Shown: one piece after another, positions 52,514 through 63,780 of the stretch | Layout of the letters: every line of letters begins with the position of its first letter | How positions within the stretch are numbered: the stretch's first letter is position 1 | Assembly (NCBI GenBank): GCA_016748015.1 | Contig: JAAOMT010000254.1 | Coordinates: 62,221 to 126,000, forward strand | Direction: 5' to 3' | DNA from: Geosiphon pyriformis uo1 | Lineage: Eukaryota; Fungi; Glomeromycota | DNA: 63,780 bases | Notes under the pieces: generated by a model | Seen by the model: only the letters and a program-made list of their open reading frames with translations | The model's database searches: none | Told to the model about the DNA's origin: nothing | Position numbers and translations under genes: made by a program

Positions 52514-53265
52514 ATAGAACTTTTAATATAGACTTGTCAGATCAAATTCTACAACTCTCAAAACAACTATTTAACACAATTCAACAATCTTCTGCTCAAA
52601 TAAAAGTGACAATTAATAGAAAAAAAATACACTATAAAGATAGAAGCAAGAAAGGAATAGGCACAAATTCAACTAGAACTAACTATTCTCATTCCAATAC
52701 TCTGCTCAAAAAAAAAATTTTAAAAAAAGAAATTAAATTGTCTTGAGCAGAGCTTGAAAAAAGAGTAGAGGAATGAGAAAAAGTTTATAAAAAAAGATAC
52801 TTGGTCTCCAAGCTAAAAAAAATCAAAGAAGTTTTAGCTCATGAGATTAATCTCCTTAAAACAGGGGAATAAACACCAGACAATGCAAAAGAATGAAAAG
52901 AAAAACTTTTTCTAACTTATTGGTTCTACAAAATGGGTGAACAATTAGACTTAAAGACGTTATATAAAGACTTCAGCCAGAAAACTTTCAACAAAAAAGC
53001 AATGCAACAAGTAAAAAAATTCATAAGAAGAAGCAACCTAACTCTATATTACAAAGCAGCATACTAACTATATGCTGCTTTCCAATTTTGTCCAAATGTA
53101 CTGTTGTATGGATCTATAAAGATGATAACAGTTAACAACATAGGACAAATTATTAATCAACAGTTCAAAGACTTATAAAAAGCAATACTCGACACAACCA
53201 TCAAATATTACACAAATGAAAACATAGGAACAGATACATCCAATTTTGCAGAAGCTCAATTCTAA
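52514..53265 (+). pseudogene. ORF3 relic, family C
   Basis: LSDQILQLSKQLFNTIQQ..KVTINRKKIHY; YWFYKMGEQL; YKAAY.LYAAFQFCPNVL..ITVNNIGQIINQQF; ends NFAEAQF* at the PPT. Confidence 0.75.
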
Positions 53266-53279
53266 AAAGAGAGAGATAA

Positions 53280-54314
53280 TGTTACCTAAGTAGAAAAACT
53301 GATCTGAAGTTATAAAAAAACGTGACCAAGAATGTAACATAATACAGAATAGCATACAATAACGTTAAATAACACATTATAACTTAGAATAGTGCAGAAT
53401 AACATGTTATAACATAGAATAATACAAAATAACATATAATAACACCAGATAATGTGTTATAATATAGAATAACTAGTAATAACATAGAAGAATAAAGCAA
53501 TAACAAAAATAACAAAGCAATAGTTAGCAATAACAAAACAATCAGAAGCAATCCTGTAAAACCAAAAGAATATATAAAAGTGAGTAGTTATAGAAGGTAA
53601 AAACAGCAGACAGATAGATATAAACTACTAGACAAGAATCAAATATTCTTATCCTTTCTATTATTTATTTTATTCTATCTTTATCTTCTGAAATAAATTA
53701 ATTATTAAAAAATCAGAATCACGAATTCATGTTCTTGAACTTTGTGGAATTTACATGAACTAATAATTATTTTGTACCTTCATTCCAGAACAGATGTTCT
53801 TAGCATAACTGCTTTGAACTATTAACAATTTGGACCAATTGCTCTTGATCATGGTGATTAATGATATTAATTTATCTTTTCTTTTATTTTCTTTCTTTTT
53901 TTTTATTTTTTTTTTATTTTTCTCTTGTGGAGTGGCAATATAGTAAAATTGACTATTTGGGAATAAACTTCATAATAGTTTGGTAAAAGAGAGAAGCTCC
54001 TCCTAAGTTTTTAAATATTAATATTATCTTGATAGCTTACCAAAAAGGTGAAAAACCACTGCCAGACCCTAATGACTGCACTTGTTAGCTCAAAGAAGAA
54101 AGCTCACTTTTATAAGAAGTTGCAATTAGCGAGAACCAAAACTCTGTGCCTTATAACCAAAGAACTCAACAGGTAAATTCACAACCAGTAAAATAAGATC
54201 TTTAGAGACTGATAATTAAGATTAAGCAACCAGAATTACGCAAAACATGTTTTACCAATAATTAAGAGCACCAAATGTTACCATCTTTCTACCCTACCAA
54301 GTTTACCCATAATA
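53280..54314 (+). repeat. 3' LTR, family C
   Basis: Preceded by PPT AAAAAGAGAGAGATAA; direct repeat of the 5' LTR. Confidence 0.93.
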
Positions 54315-57300
54315 CTATCTAAACTAGAAAAAAAATAACACATCCTGTATCTACCAAAATTGACAACAAAGGACTCCAAAATACCAAGCATATAAACCAC
54401 TCCATCTAACAACATAGAAACCAAGCATTAAAACAAACCTGAAACCACACTATTGTCTTTGACTAAACTAACTCTATCCATATTTACTTTATGCTTGGAT
54501 TTAATAAGCTACACCCTAATATAATGCAATTTTACCACAAATTTAACATATTTAATAAGAGCCAAAACAGTTTTTCTCTTCTTTTTAAAGACCAGAGCAG
54601 TCTTAGCATATCAATCTCTTAATACAAAACTCTTATATATAGCAGTATACAGATCCAAGTCTAAAGAACATCTTAAGAGTATATGCAAAATAACCAACAT
54701 AAATGAGCAAGAGAAATCTGTTACCAAAACTCATTTTTTAACAGCTTTATTCAAAATGTTTTTATGAAGTCCAATATTACCAGGACAAGCAAAATCATAA
54801 TCAGATAATTTTATGTTATCACATAGCAAGCACAGCACTCCAGAATAACTCTTATTATACAACTTTTTCTTAATTATTTTTGACAACCATCTATGTACTA
54901 TTTTCATCAAATAAATGCACATATTAGCCAAGCTCTTGCTAGTAAACTCAGAAAACATGTGTTAATCAGGATGCCAAATCTTTGCAATAGTAGTCCAAAT
55001 TATCTTTTTAATTAAAGCATTCAAAACAACATCATAATTAGAACCAGCTTCCCAACAAGCATAGCAAATTGACTAATAAATATCATGAACAAAGTAATAA
55101 GTATTACCAAACACAGCAGTATTTTTAGCAACAAAAAATTATTCTTGAATTCCAACTGACAAAAAAAGTGAAGAATAAGTGGCTTTTTCTACCAATTCAT
55201 CAGCCTTAACATTGCTTAGAATCCCTGAATGTTCTTTAACTTTCACTCACTTAACCAAAATGTCTTTATTTTTGATAAGATTAACAATATGTAATCTTTT
55301 GATCCAGCAATAATTGTGGAATTCAAGCATGGCAAATGAAATTTCCAATACATAAGCATTAATAGCAGATTGACTGTCCAAGTACAAAATCACAACACAA
55401 AAAAATGGAATATATTCTAAGACCAAAGCAATGACTTGCAATTCAGTCAAAGTGGAAGACAAAAATCCATACACTTTAACTCCAATACTCATATTTATAG
55501 CTGAAAAATAGGCAGTCACACCACTAGTCACTTTAACAGAACCAGCACTCTTTAAAGATCTATTTGTATAAACCTCAATACAATTAGACCAAACCTCCAT
55601 TAGACTACCATAAACACAGAAAATGTCTCAGATTTTAAGACACTTAACACTGGCAATTTAGGAGTACCAGCAGATCTAATTTCTAAGAAAACATGTTTGC
55701 TCATAAATTTAGCTACTATAATAAACTAATAAAGTATGAGATTTCTCAGATCCAACTTCTTTCACCACCAAAACATTTTCTATTCCATTACCCTTTCTAT
55801 TCTGTCCAAAAGCCTATTATCAAAAGCAATGTCAAACCATCTCAAAAAAAAACAGAATCATAATATAAAAACTAATCTAAGATGTCAGACATTGGAAATT
55901 TGTCAGATCTACAAAAAGCATTGGGCAAATTATTTACCAAAGACAGTTTATTTTCTAGCAAAATTTTTACCACACCAGCCAAAAAATTATTCACTGAACT
56001 GACTTGCAACTTAACAGGATACTGTAAAAAGTCTAAAGAGAACTACTCCAAAACTTGTAAATCCAAAAATCTATGTTTAAATAAATGTTTAAGAATACTA
56101 TGGGCATTAGAAAAAAAACCAGTAAGACTAACTTTTTTTTGAATTGTACTTGCTCAAAAAGCTTTAAATTATACAAAAAAAGATGATATAAAGCCTCACT
56201 AGGAAAGTTACATAACAAACTAGTCTTAGATCTAAGACTTTTCTTGATCAAAATGTCCTACTTGTAACATATATCTGAAGAAACAAAACTAAATTGTATA
56301 TGATATTCAACTATTAACTATAAAACAGCTAAAACTAAATAAGAAAATTGCTTATCTATAATGGCTTTCTTTATTATATTAGAAAAAAACCTGATATTCA
56401 AATAAGCTTAAGCCAAACTAAACTTGAAAAAACCTTAAATAGACAAAAAAATGCCTAAGTATCTGTGCATCTCATCTTTTTTAGCAATCAAAATTGACAA
56501 ACCATTAATTAGTAGCAAAGCAGACTTAACACCTTGATTGATTAAAATAGCTACTGTTTTATTATTATTAATTGAAATATCATTGATCTTAAAAAACTCA
56601 CTAGTAATATTCAAGATATACTGTGTAGAAGTTTGACAACTTCCAACCCAAATTGTATTATCAACAAAGGTGCCAACAGCCAAAAAAAAAGTTTTCTTAT
56701 CAGTTGCTTTAACTCTGCCAGATCTTGTTACAAATCTAGTATCAATTTTGTAATTATATAAATACTTATGTCTTTTAATCTTACACAAAAGTGGATCATA
56801 GAAAATTCTTTAAAGAAGTGAAGAAAAAACCTCACTCTAATTCAAACCATCATGTACTCTATAATTATTCGAAAATCCAAAATCTGTTATTACTCTATTG
56901 ACCCTGTTCTCATAAATATTACCAAAAAACCTGATAAATTGACTACACATTTTGATATAATACAAGCTACTAAATTATAAGTTTTATGTATATCTTGTAA
57001 TACCAATTAGAGCTTTCTATTTTTTTCCAAAGCATTTTTAACAACTGACTTAATGGCAAAATAAGAGACTAAGTTAAAGTACTTTTTAACACCAAAAAGT
57101 TATCATTACAAAGAACATTAAATTTATTACAAGCCAAAAATATTCTATTGAAAAAAATTTTTGATAAAATTTTCCAGGCTGTTTTAATCAAAGCAATAAG
57201 CCTAGTGTTTGCCAAAACTTCATTTTATTTGTAAGACTTTGAAATTATTGAAACTTATGCTTTCTTTTATGGGATCAAAACTGTACCAGAAGTCAAATAA

Positions 57301-58654
57301 GCATTTAATAGCTTTAAAAAACAAGCCAACATCTCTCTACTACAATATTTCCAAAGCTCATTAAGAATTCTTGACAATTCAGCAGCTTTATTATTAGGCA
57401 AGTTACTGATAATTAAAAACAATTCACCTATGTCAATCTTCATTATTACATCAGAGAAGACATTATCATCCATATAATTCAGAAGCATATATTGATGAGA
57501 TCAGAGATTGGGCATCTTTGGAAGTACCAATTACTTCTTTGTCCATTCTTTTATGATTTCATCGACCTTAAGCTTCATTTTCTTAGGCTCAACTACCATC
57601 TCATTCTCCATTATCAAGTAATTCAAAACCATTTTGCAAAATGGATGCTTTAAAATGCTCTTTATCATATGTCTTTTGTTAGAACAGAAATCTTCTATAT
57701 AACAATTGATAACCTTCCTAATATTAGGATTCTTAGCTAATTTTAACTCATAATACTTGAACTTTTAATACTTTTTTTTCACCAGTAACAAATATAAAAC
57801 CAAATTTATCAAATTTGCACCTCCTAAAACCATATTGACAATTTTGGAAGTCTCAATTTTATCAATAGCCAGCCAAACTTTAATGAAATGGTCAAAATTC
57901 AAAAGATCTTTAAAATTCTAACATTTCATAATTTTAGTAATAAGCAGCTCCAGTTTATAAAATTTCAAAGATTGTTTGTTCCTTAAACAATTATATTTAC
58001 TATATTAACTTTTAATAAATACTCCAGTAGCAGTTTGCATTATGGCTTCTTTTAGCATCTTTTACATTATATCCAAGTTACCATTGTTTTTTATGGTCTT
58101 AAATGTGGTAGATCTGATTAACAATTTAGCAAAAAAACACTCCTTAAAATACAACTATTGAACTTCATCTGCATTCTCCAACTTGAACCTCTACTAGTCT
58201 TAGTTGGTCTGTTTGTAAGTGCTAATAAGATAAGCATCCAGAAATCCACCCAAACCAATAGAAGCTGAAATTGACTTATGATTTATATCAAAAAACTCTG
58301 ACATATTATCAACTTTGTGTGATACAATTGCAGATACCAAATTCCTACTTACAAAAATAAAATTAATCACCCTTTCAACACCTTTAGAATTGCTCTAAGT
58401 AGAAGCTTTGGCCAGTAAATGTTCATCAAAAGTGTTAACCAGGCCCAAACCCAAGCAGAACTTGAAATTTACACTCCTCTTAGATTTATTCTTATTAAAA
58501 TTACCACCCAAAATCACAAAAGAGCTGGAATTAACTGTCTTAAAAACCATAGAGTTAATATCAACAGCTTGGCCAAAATGTGTACTAACAGATACACTAG
58601 TGTAAAGACCCAAGACTGTGACTAAAAGCTTGTTTTTAAACAGAAAATGTACAG

Positions 58655-59623
58655 TGTTACTGAAGGTTTTTGGTCTCTTTTTTTGAATGTTATTAATGTT
58701 GATTTGCTGTAAATTCACGTTTTCAGAAAGTAGTTGGACCTCCAATAACTTTTATTTTCAAATTATCTCCTATAATTTGAACTGCTGGGCTTATGAATGG
58801 AATGACCAATTCCTTGCCAGTTACTTTATGTAGTTACATTGTAGTAAACATCAACTCTTTCCCAGGAATTGCTCATTTGGAAGCTCACTAAAAATGTGTA
58901 GTTACTTTGTTGTAAAAGTCAATTCATCTACAGAAATCTTGTCTGTAGACTACCCTAATAATTATGATAAGAAAATAAAAGAAAAATAAAAGAAATATAA
59001 AAGAAATAGAATTTTATTAAGGGAAACGTTTTCTATCCAGGCCTGAAGTCACTAACAGTTTATTGTAATTGGTAGCTAATCAATTTCAAAACGTTAGTTG
59101 TGTTAAGGAAATTTCAAGTGTAATAATTTAAGGATATGGTTTTTAAATATTTAATTTTTATTTGAATGTATAAAAAATGATTTGTTCTAATTAAGATATC
59201 TAAAGTAAAATACTATGTTAAAATATTATGAAAAGATACATTTTTTTGAAGAAAGAAGCTCTTCTTTTATACAACTTGTTGTAGTACTAGTCTTTGAACT
59301 TGCACTTTTCTCTTTGCTACAATTTGGGTGAACTAAAGATACATTTTGGCAAACTACAAGTTATTTCACTGAACTATTTGATTATTTCGGCGAATTTTCA
59401 TTAATTTCGGCGAATTTTGACTATATTAAATAGTTCAGGGTATTGTGTAATTTGATCATCTTAATTTCTAGAGTACAAATCGAATTATTAATTGAGTAAT
59501 AATATTTGATAATTTGATTAAATAATAAGTGATAATCAAAATAATAATATTATATGCTAATTGATAATAGGAATTATAAGGGTAATTTCGTGCTAATTAA
59601 TAGCTAAAATTTTACTGGTAACA
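58655..59623 (-). repeat. 3' LTR, family D
   Basis: TGTTAC...GTAACA; PPT (reverse complement AAGAAGAAGATTA) at 59624-59636; target flank ACAG. Confidence 0.9.
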
Positions 59624-59634
59624 TAATCTTCTTC

Positions 59635-60300
59635 TTAAGACTGAGCTCTGTTAAAGTCCAAGCACTATCTATAATGTTAAGATAGTAGTCTAAGATAATT
59701 GAAGTGATCTGATCTGAAAATTGTTGAAATTTCAGTTCTGTGAGTTTTCTAATGTATTGAATCTTCATTGGATGGAGTATTGAATTTTGTAGGACGTTTT
59801 TACAAGTATTGAATAAATTATAGAGTCTAGATGCTGCTCTAAGTTTGTAGTGGATGTTTGTTAGTCCAGCTGCTGTTTTGAATTCATTGTGAATTTGTTT
59901 TTATATAGCCTCAGGAATGATGTTGGTTGCTTCAAGTTCTAGTTTTCATTCATAAAATGTTTTTTCAATATGAAAATATCTATATATAAGAGTATGTTCA
60001 TTGTTTTGTTTATTAAAAAATAGTAGAAGTTTTTGTTGTATTGTGGCATTTGGTGGAATGTCAATAGGGGCAATTAAAAGGTTTTCTTTTAGTGCTTGCT
60101 TCAAAAGTTCTGGTAACCTATTTTCAAAGTGACTTCTTGCTTTTCTTCTATAGGAATAATAGTTCTGAGAATTATTTACTACTGGGGCTGTGTTTTTTTT
60201 TGAATGTAATTAATTTGACTTCTATTAATCATTATGAATAAGTCAGGAAGTGTTTTCAAGGCTAACATTAATTTTTAAAATATTTGTTGAATATTTCGGG
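59635..60300 (-). pseudogene. ORF3 relic, family D
   Basis: YRYFHI..TF; KLRAASRLYNLFNTCKNVL..KIQYIRKLTELKFQQF; ends DFNRAQS* at the PPT. The 5' boundary is uncertain. Confidence 0.68.
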
Positions 60301-60464
60301 GAATAATCATAATAAAAATAGTTAACTAATAAAAAGAAGAATAAAGAAAATTATTTTTGGATATGAGGTTTTATTTGTTTTTAGGTTTAGGTGTTTTTTG
60401 TAATTATTTACTATTTTTGTTTTTGTGTGTTATTAAAATAATTATTGTAAAATTATGTTAAATT

Positions 60465-63400
60465 AAGTGTTCAAGTTTGGTTGTTGTTCTATTATAATTA
60501 TTGGTTCTAAATTTCAGAGAATATCTTCAGAATTAATTAAAGGGGAATGTATACCAATTTGTGAAATTAATGATTCAAGATTGTTTCTGGAATGATAGTG
60601 TTTCAATCTATCTCCATGTGCAACTTTTGTTAGTACTTTGTCATCAAGTCTTAACTTGTATGATCCATTGCCTAAAATTTCATGAATATAAAATGGTTCA
60701 TCCCATTTATATTCAAATTTTCCACTCCATTGTTTTTCAGTCTTAGTTTTGTGTAAGAGAACTTTATTTCCAACCTTAAATTTGTTGGTAACTGGTGGCA
60801 ATTTGTTGTCATGCCTTTTTTTTTGTAGAGCTTGAGAGTGTTCAATATGAGAGGCTGTTATGTGTCTTTTTTTTTCTAATATACTAAAGAAAGTGTAAGC
60901 TTTTCTTTGGAGTGTTTCTTGAAAGTTTTTTTTATTGATTGGTTGCACTGGGTATGTTTCTACTGTGAAATTAATTGGTAATGTTGCTGTCCTTTCATAA
61001 GTAAGATCAAATGGTGTGTGTTTTGTAGTATCTTGTTTTAGTGTTCTGTATGCTAATAACACTAATAAAATAAAGATATCCCATTCTTGTTCAAAATCTG
61101 TTGAGACTTTGGCTAAAGATTCACACAATGTTCTGTTGAAATGTTCTACAAGTTCATTTGTTTGAGAGTGATAAGGTGATGATAAAGGTTTTTTGACATT
61201 GAATCATTCACAAATTTTTTGTATCAAGTTGTTCACAAAATGTGTTCTTTGATTAAATAAAAGTTTAATTGGGCATCCATGTCTACAAATAATGTCTTTA
61301 TAGATAAAATTTGCTACTGATTTTGCATCTGCTCTTTGGATGGCTCTAACCTCAGGCCATTTGGTAAGATAATCTATTGCAACTGCAATATAATAATTTC
61401 CTTGGGTTGTGATAGATAATGGTCCGACTAAATCAATTCCAATTCTGTCAAAAGGTTGTTCAACTTTGATTGGATTTAAAAATTCTGTGGGGCGAGTTTC
61501 TTCTTTTTTTTGACAATTATTACAAGATTCTATATATTGTTGAATGTCTTTTTGCATGTGAGGCCAAAAATAATGTTCAAGAATTCTTTGAATTGTTTCA
61601 TCTCTTCCCAAATGTGCTAAAGAAAGATCTGTATGCATGTTATATAGGATTGTTTTTTTTTGTACTAATCTAAGTGGTTGGTTTGGGTTTCTGTGATTTT
61701 TGTAATAAATTTTGTTATGGTGTATAAAATATTGTTTGGATTAGTGTTGTAATCAATGTTTTTTACTTGGAGACCAATTTTCTGGTATGATAAGAGTCTC
61801 CAAATAGTTTTTAAGATTGTTGTAATTTCTGGGATCCATTGTTGCTTTGTTATTTGTTGGTAAGTTGGTAAGTTGTAATAGATTTATTGATGTTATTAAT
61901 CTTGTCTCATTCTGGAAAGGCTATCAACATTTGTGTGTAATTTTCTTGGTTTGTGGTATACAATATATTTGTAATCTGCTAGGAAGTTATTCCATTGAGA
62001 CTGTTTAACACTTTGTTTAGTTTTCTTTTTATTGAGCCATTTGAGGCCAATATTGTCAGTTATAATATCAAATTTTTTTTTATTCTTCAGATATTGTTGA
62101 AAATGTTTAAGAGCCCAAATGATTGTGGCAGCTTCTAATTCAGTTAAGCCATATTTGAGTTCTGTTGATTTGAGTGTTCTACTAGCATAGACAATGACTT
62201 GCTCCTGGCCATTTTTATTCAATTGTAATAGGATGACACCAAATGCTATGTGTAAAACATCAGTGACTAGTTGAAATTATTTGTTAAAATATGGGTAAGC
62301 AAAAACTGGGGCTGTTGTTAGTTTTGTTTTGAGAGTTTCAAAAGCTTTCTGTTGTTCTTCAGTCTATTTGTATGGCACATTTTTGTTGGTGAGATAATTG
62401 AGTGGTTTGGCAATTTCTAAGAATCTTTTGATAAATTTCTGATAGTATGAGGCTAATTCTACAAATCCTTACAACTTTATGGTATTTTTGGGTGTTTGGA
62501 AGTTTTTGACAGCACTGATTGTTCCAGAGTTTGGTTTGACTCCATCTTTGCTGACAATGTGTCCAAGAAAAATTAAGCTTGTTTTTCCAAAGTGACATTT
62601 CTCAATGTTTAACTTCAATTCTGCTTTTTGTAATTATTGAAAAACTTCTCACAAGTGAATAAAATGGGCTTCAAAGCTTGGTAAGTATACATCAGTGTTA
62701 TTAAGATAGACAACTACTGATTGCCATAAGAGTCTTTTATATACAACATCCATGAGTCATTGGAATGTTGCTGATGTATTGCAGAGTTCAAAAGGCATAA
62801 CATTGAACTCATAGTTCTCTCCTTGAGTGGTGAATGCTGTTTTGAGTCGATTTTTTGGGTCCATTTCGACTTGCCAGTATCTACTTTCCAAGTCTAAAGT
62901 TGAAAAGAACTTGGCTTTTCCTAAGACATCCAACATATCATCAATTCTTGGAAGAGAGTAGGCATCTTCAATTGTTATATTATTGAGCTGATGATAATCT
63001 ACACAGAATCTGATTTTTCCGTTTTTTTTTTTAACAAGTACTACTGGTAAGGCCCAAAGACTTCTTGATGGTTGAATCAATCCATTATTGAGCATTCTTT
63101 GGACTTCTTCTCTGATAAACTAGTGGCTAGTGGGTGGAACTTGATAAGCTTGTTATTGTTTTAGCAGAGCATCTTCTGTGTGGATCTGATATTGAACAAT
63201 ATCAGTTTTTCTAAGGTCATTGTTGTCTTTTGCAAAAATATCTGCAAATTCAGCTATTAGCTGTTTCAATTGTCTTTGTTGTTGGGGTTCTAAGAAACTC
63301 ATGTTGATTCTAGAGAGTTTTTCTTCTAAAAGATGGTAGTTTTCAGTAGTAGAAATGATGTTTGGATTTGGAAGTAATGTATATCTTATAATTTCGATGA

Positions 63401-63780
63401 AATTAGAGACAATTTGAGGGTTTTCATCTTGAAAGATGTTACTGTATATGATTCTAATCTCCAATTTGTTCAATAAGACAATAGGGTAATTATTGGGGTT
63501 GTAGAATGTAACTTGAAATTTTTTCGTTCTTTTGGGAATATAAACATTTGGAATTGAGATTTCATGCTTTAAACAGATTTGTTTATTGGAATCAAAGATT
63601 TGTTGAGTAGTGGTGGGTTTTGAACAAGTGTAGATTTCGTAATGTTCACCAAAAAGTGAAATGATAATTGGTTGGAGAAGTTGAAGAATCTGGTAAGATT
63701 CATTCTGTATATTGAGAGCTATATTTACTGAGACTGTAAATCGTCCAGTTGAACCAAAACCTTGCATTTCTCTTTTACAT
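60465..63780 (-). pseudogene. pol: pol of family D
   Basis: ORFs 63153-63767, 62757-63095, 61896-62222, 61204-61638 and 60514-61128 carry dUTPase-end, RT, RH and INT motifs; YLNN (eroded YLDD) at ~62697-62708. Confidence 0.92.

Larger units (their letters stand above)
44164..54314 (+). mobile_element. Complete Ty3/gypsy LTR retrotransposon family C (LTR-PBS-gag-PR-Cys-rich insert-dUTPase-RT-RH-INT-ORF3-PPT-LTR), decayed
   Basis: LTRs at 44164-45217 and 53280-54314; TSD CCAC/CTAT; PBS at 45220; PPT at 53264-53279; all pol domains in gypsy order. Confidence 0.95.
40109..58654 (-). mobile_element. LINE copy 3 in three pieces (40109-40258, 44143-44163, 54315-58654), split by a DNA transposon and LTR element C, and cut in its endonuclease by element D
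   Basis: 3' UTR and poly(A) at 40109-40244 match the copy 1 UTR. Removing the inserts restores the C-terminus ..FFSSLGGNAFVNISV* (copy 1: FFSGLGGSVRVVIDV*). RT FVD(N) at 56657-56668. RNase H at 55247-55600. APE ILGGNFN at ~58500. Confidence 0.88.
58655..63780 (-). mobile_element. Ty3/gypsy LTR retrotransposon family D, 3' half (dUTPase end, RT, RH, INT, ORF3, PPT, 3' LTR); runs off the window
   Basis: QGFGSTG (dUTPase motif 5) at ~63745-63765; RFCVDY, FSTLDL.S.YWQV, VMPF; YASRTL; H.GR..YFWP, GIDLVGP. LTR at 58655-59623. Confidence 0.93.

Overview
Eukaryotic, fungal DNA. Short GT-AG introns and the TE repertoire suggest an early-diverging (Glomeromycotina/Mucoromycota-like) genome; this assignment is inference. 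The window is a CpG-rich island of three intron-containing host genes (~26.1-34.8 kb, all on the - strand): a RING-CH membrane E3 ligase, a coiled-coil protein with a Rab11-FIP-like C-terminus, and a GT31-like/GT34 glycosyltransferase. On both sides lie nested, decayed transposons. These comprise three copies of an APE-RT-RNaseH LINE; several Ty3/gypsy LTR families (labelled A, A', B, C, D here) with TGTTA..TAACA ends and 4-bp TSDs, where A, C and D show a dUTPase upstream of RT and A, A', C and D show a conserved extra ORF between integrase and the PPT; three solo LTRs; and a TIR DNA transposon with a 5-bp TSD. Two nested stacks can be rebuilt from TSDs (3604-15212 and 40109-63780). The repeats carry dense C>T/G>A transitions in CpG and non-CpG contexts, grading into nearly pure-AT deserts, while the gene island appears untouched. 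This looks like a RIP-like, repeat-directed hypermutation system.
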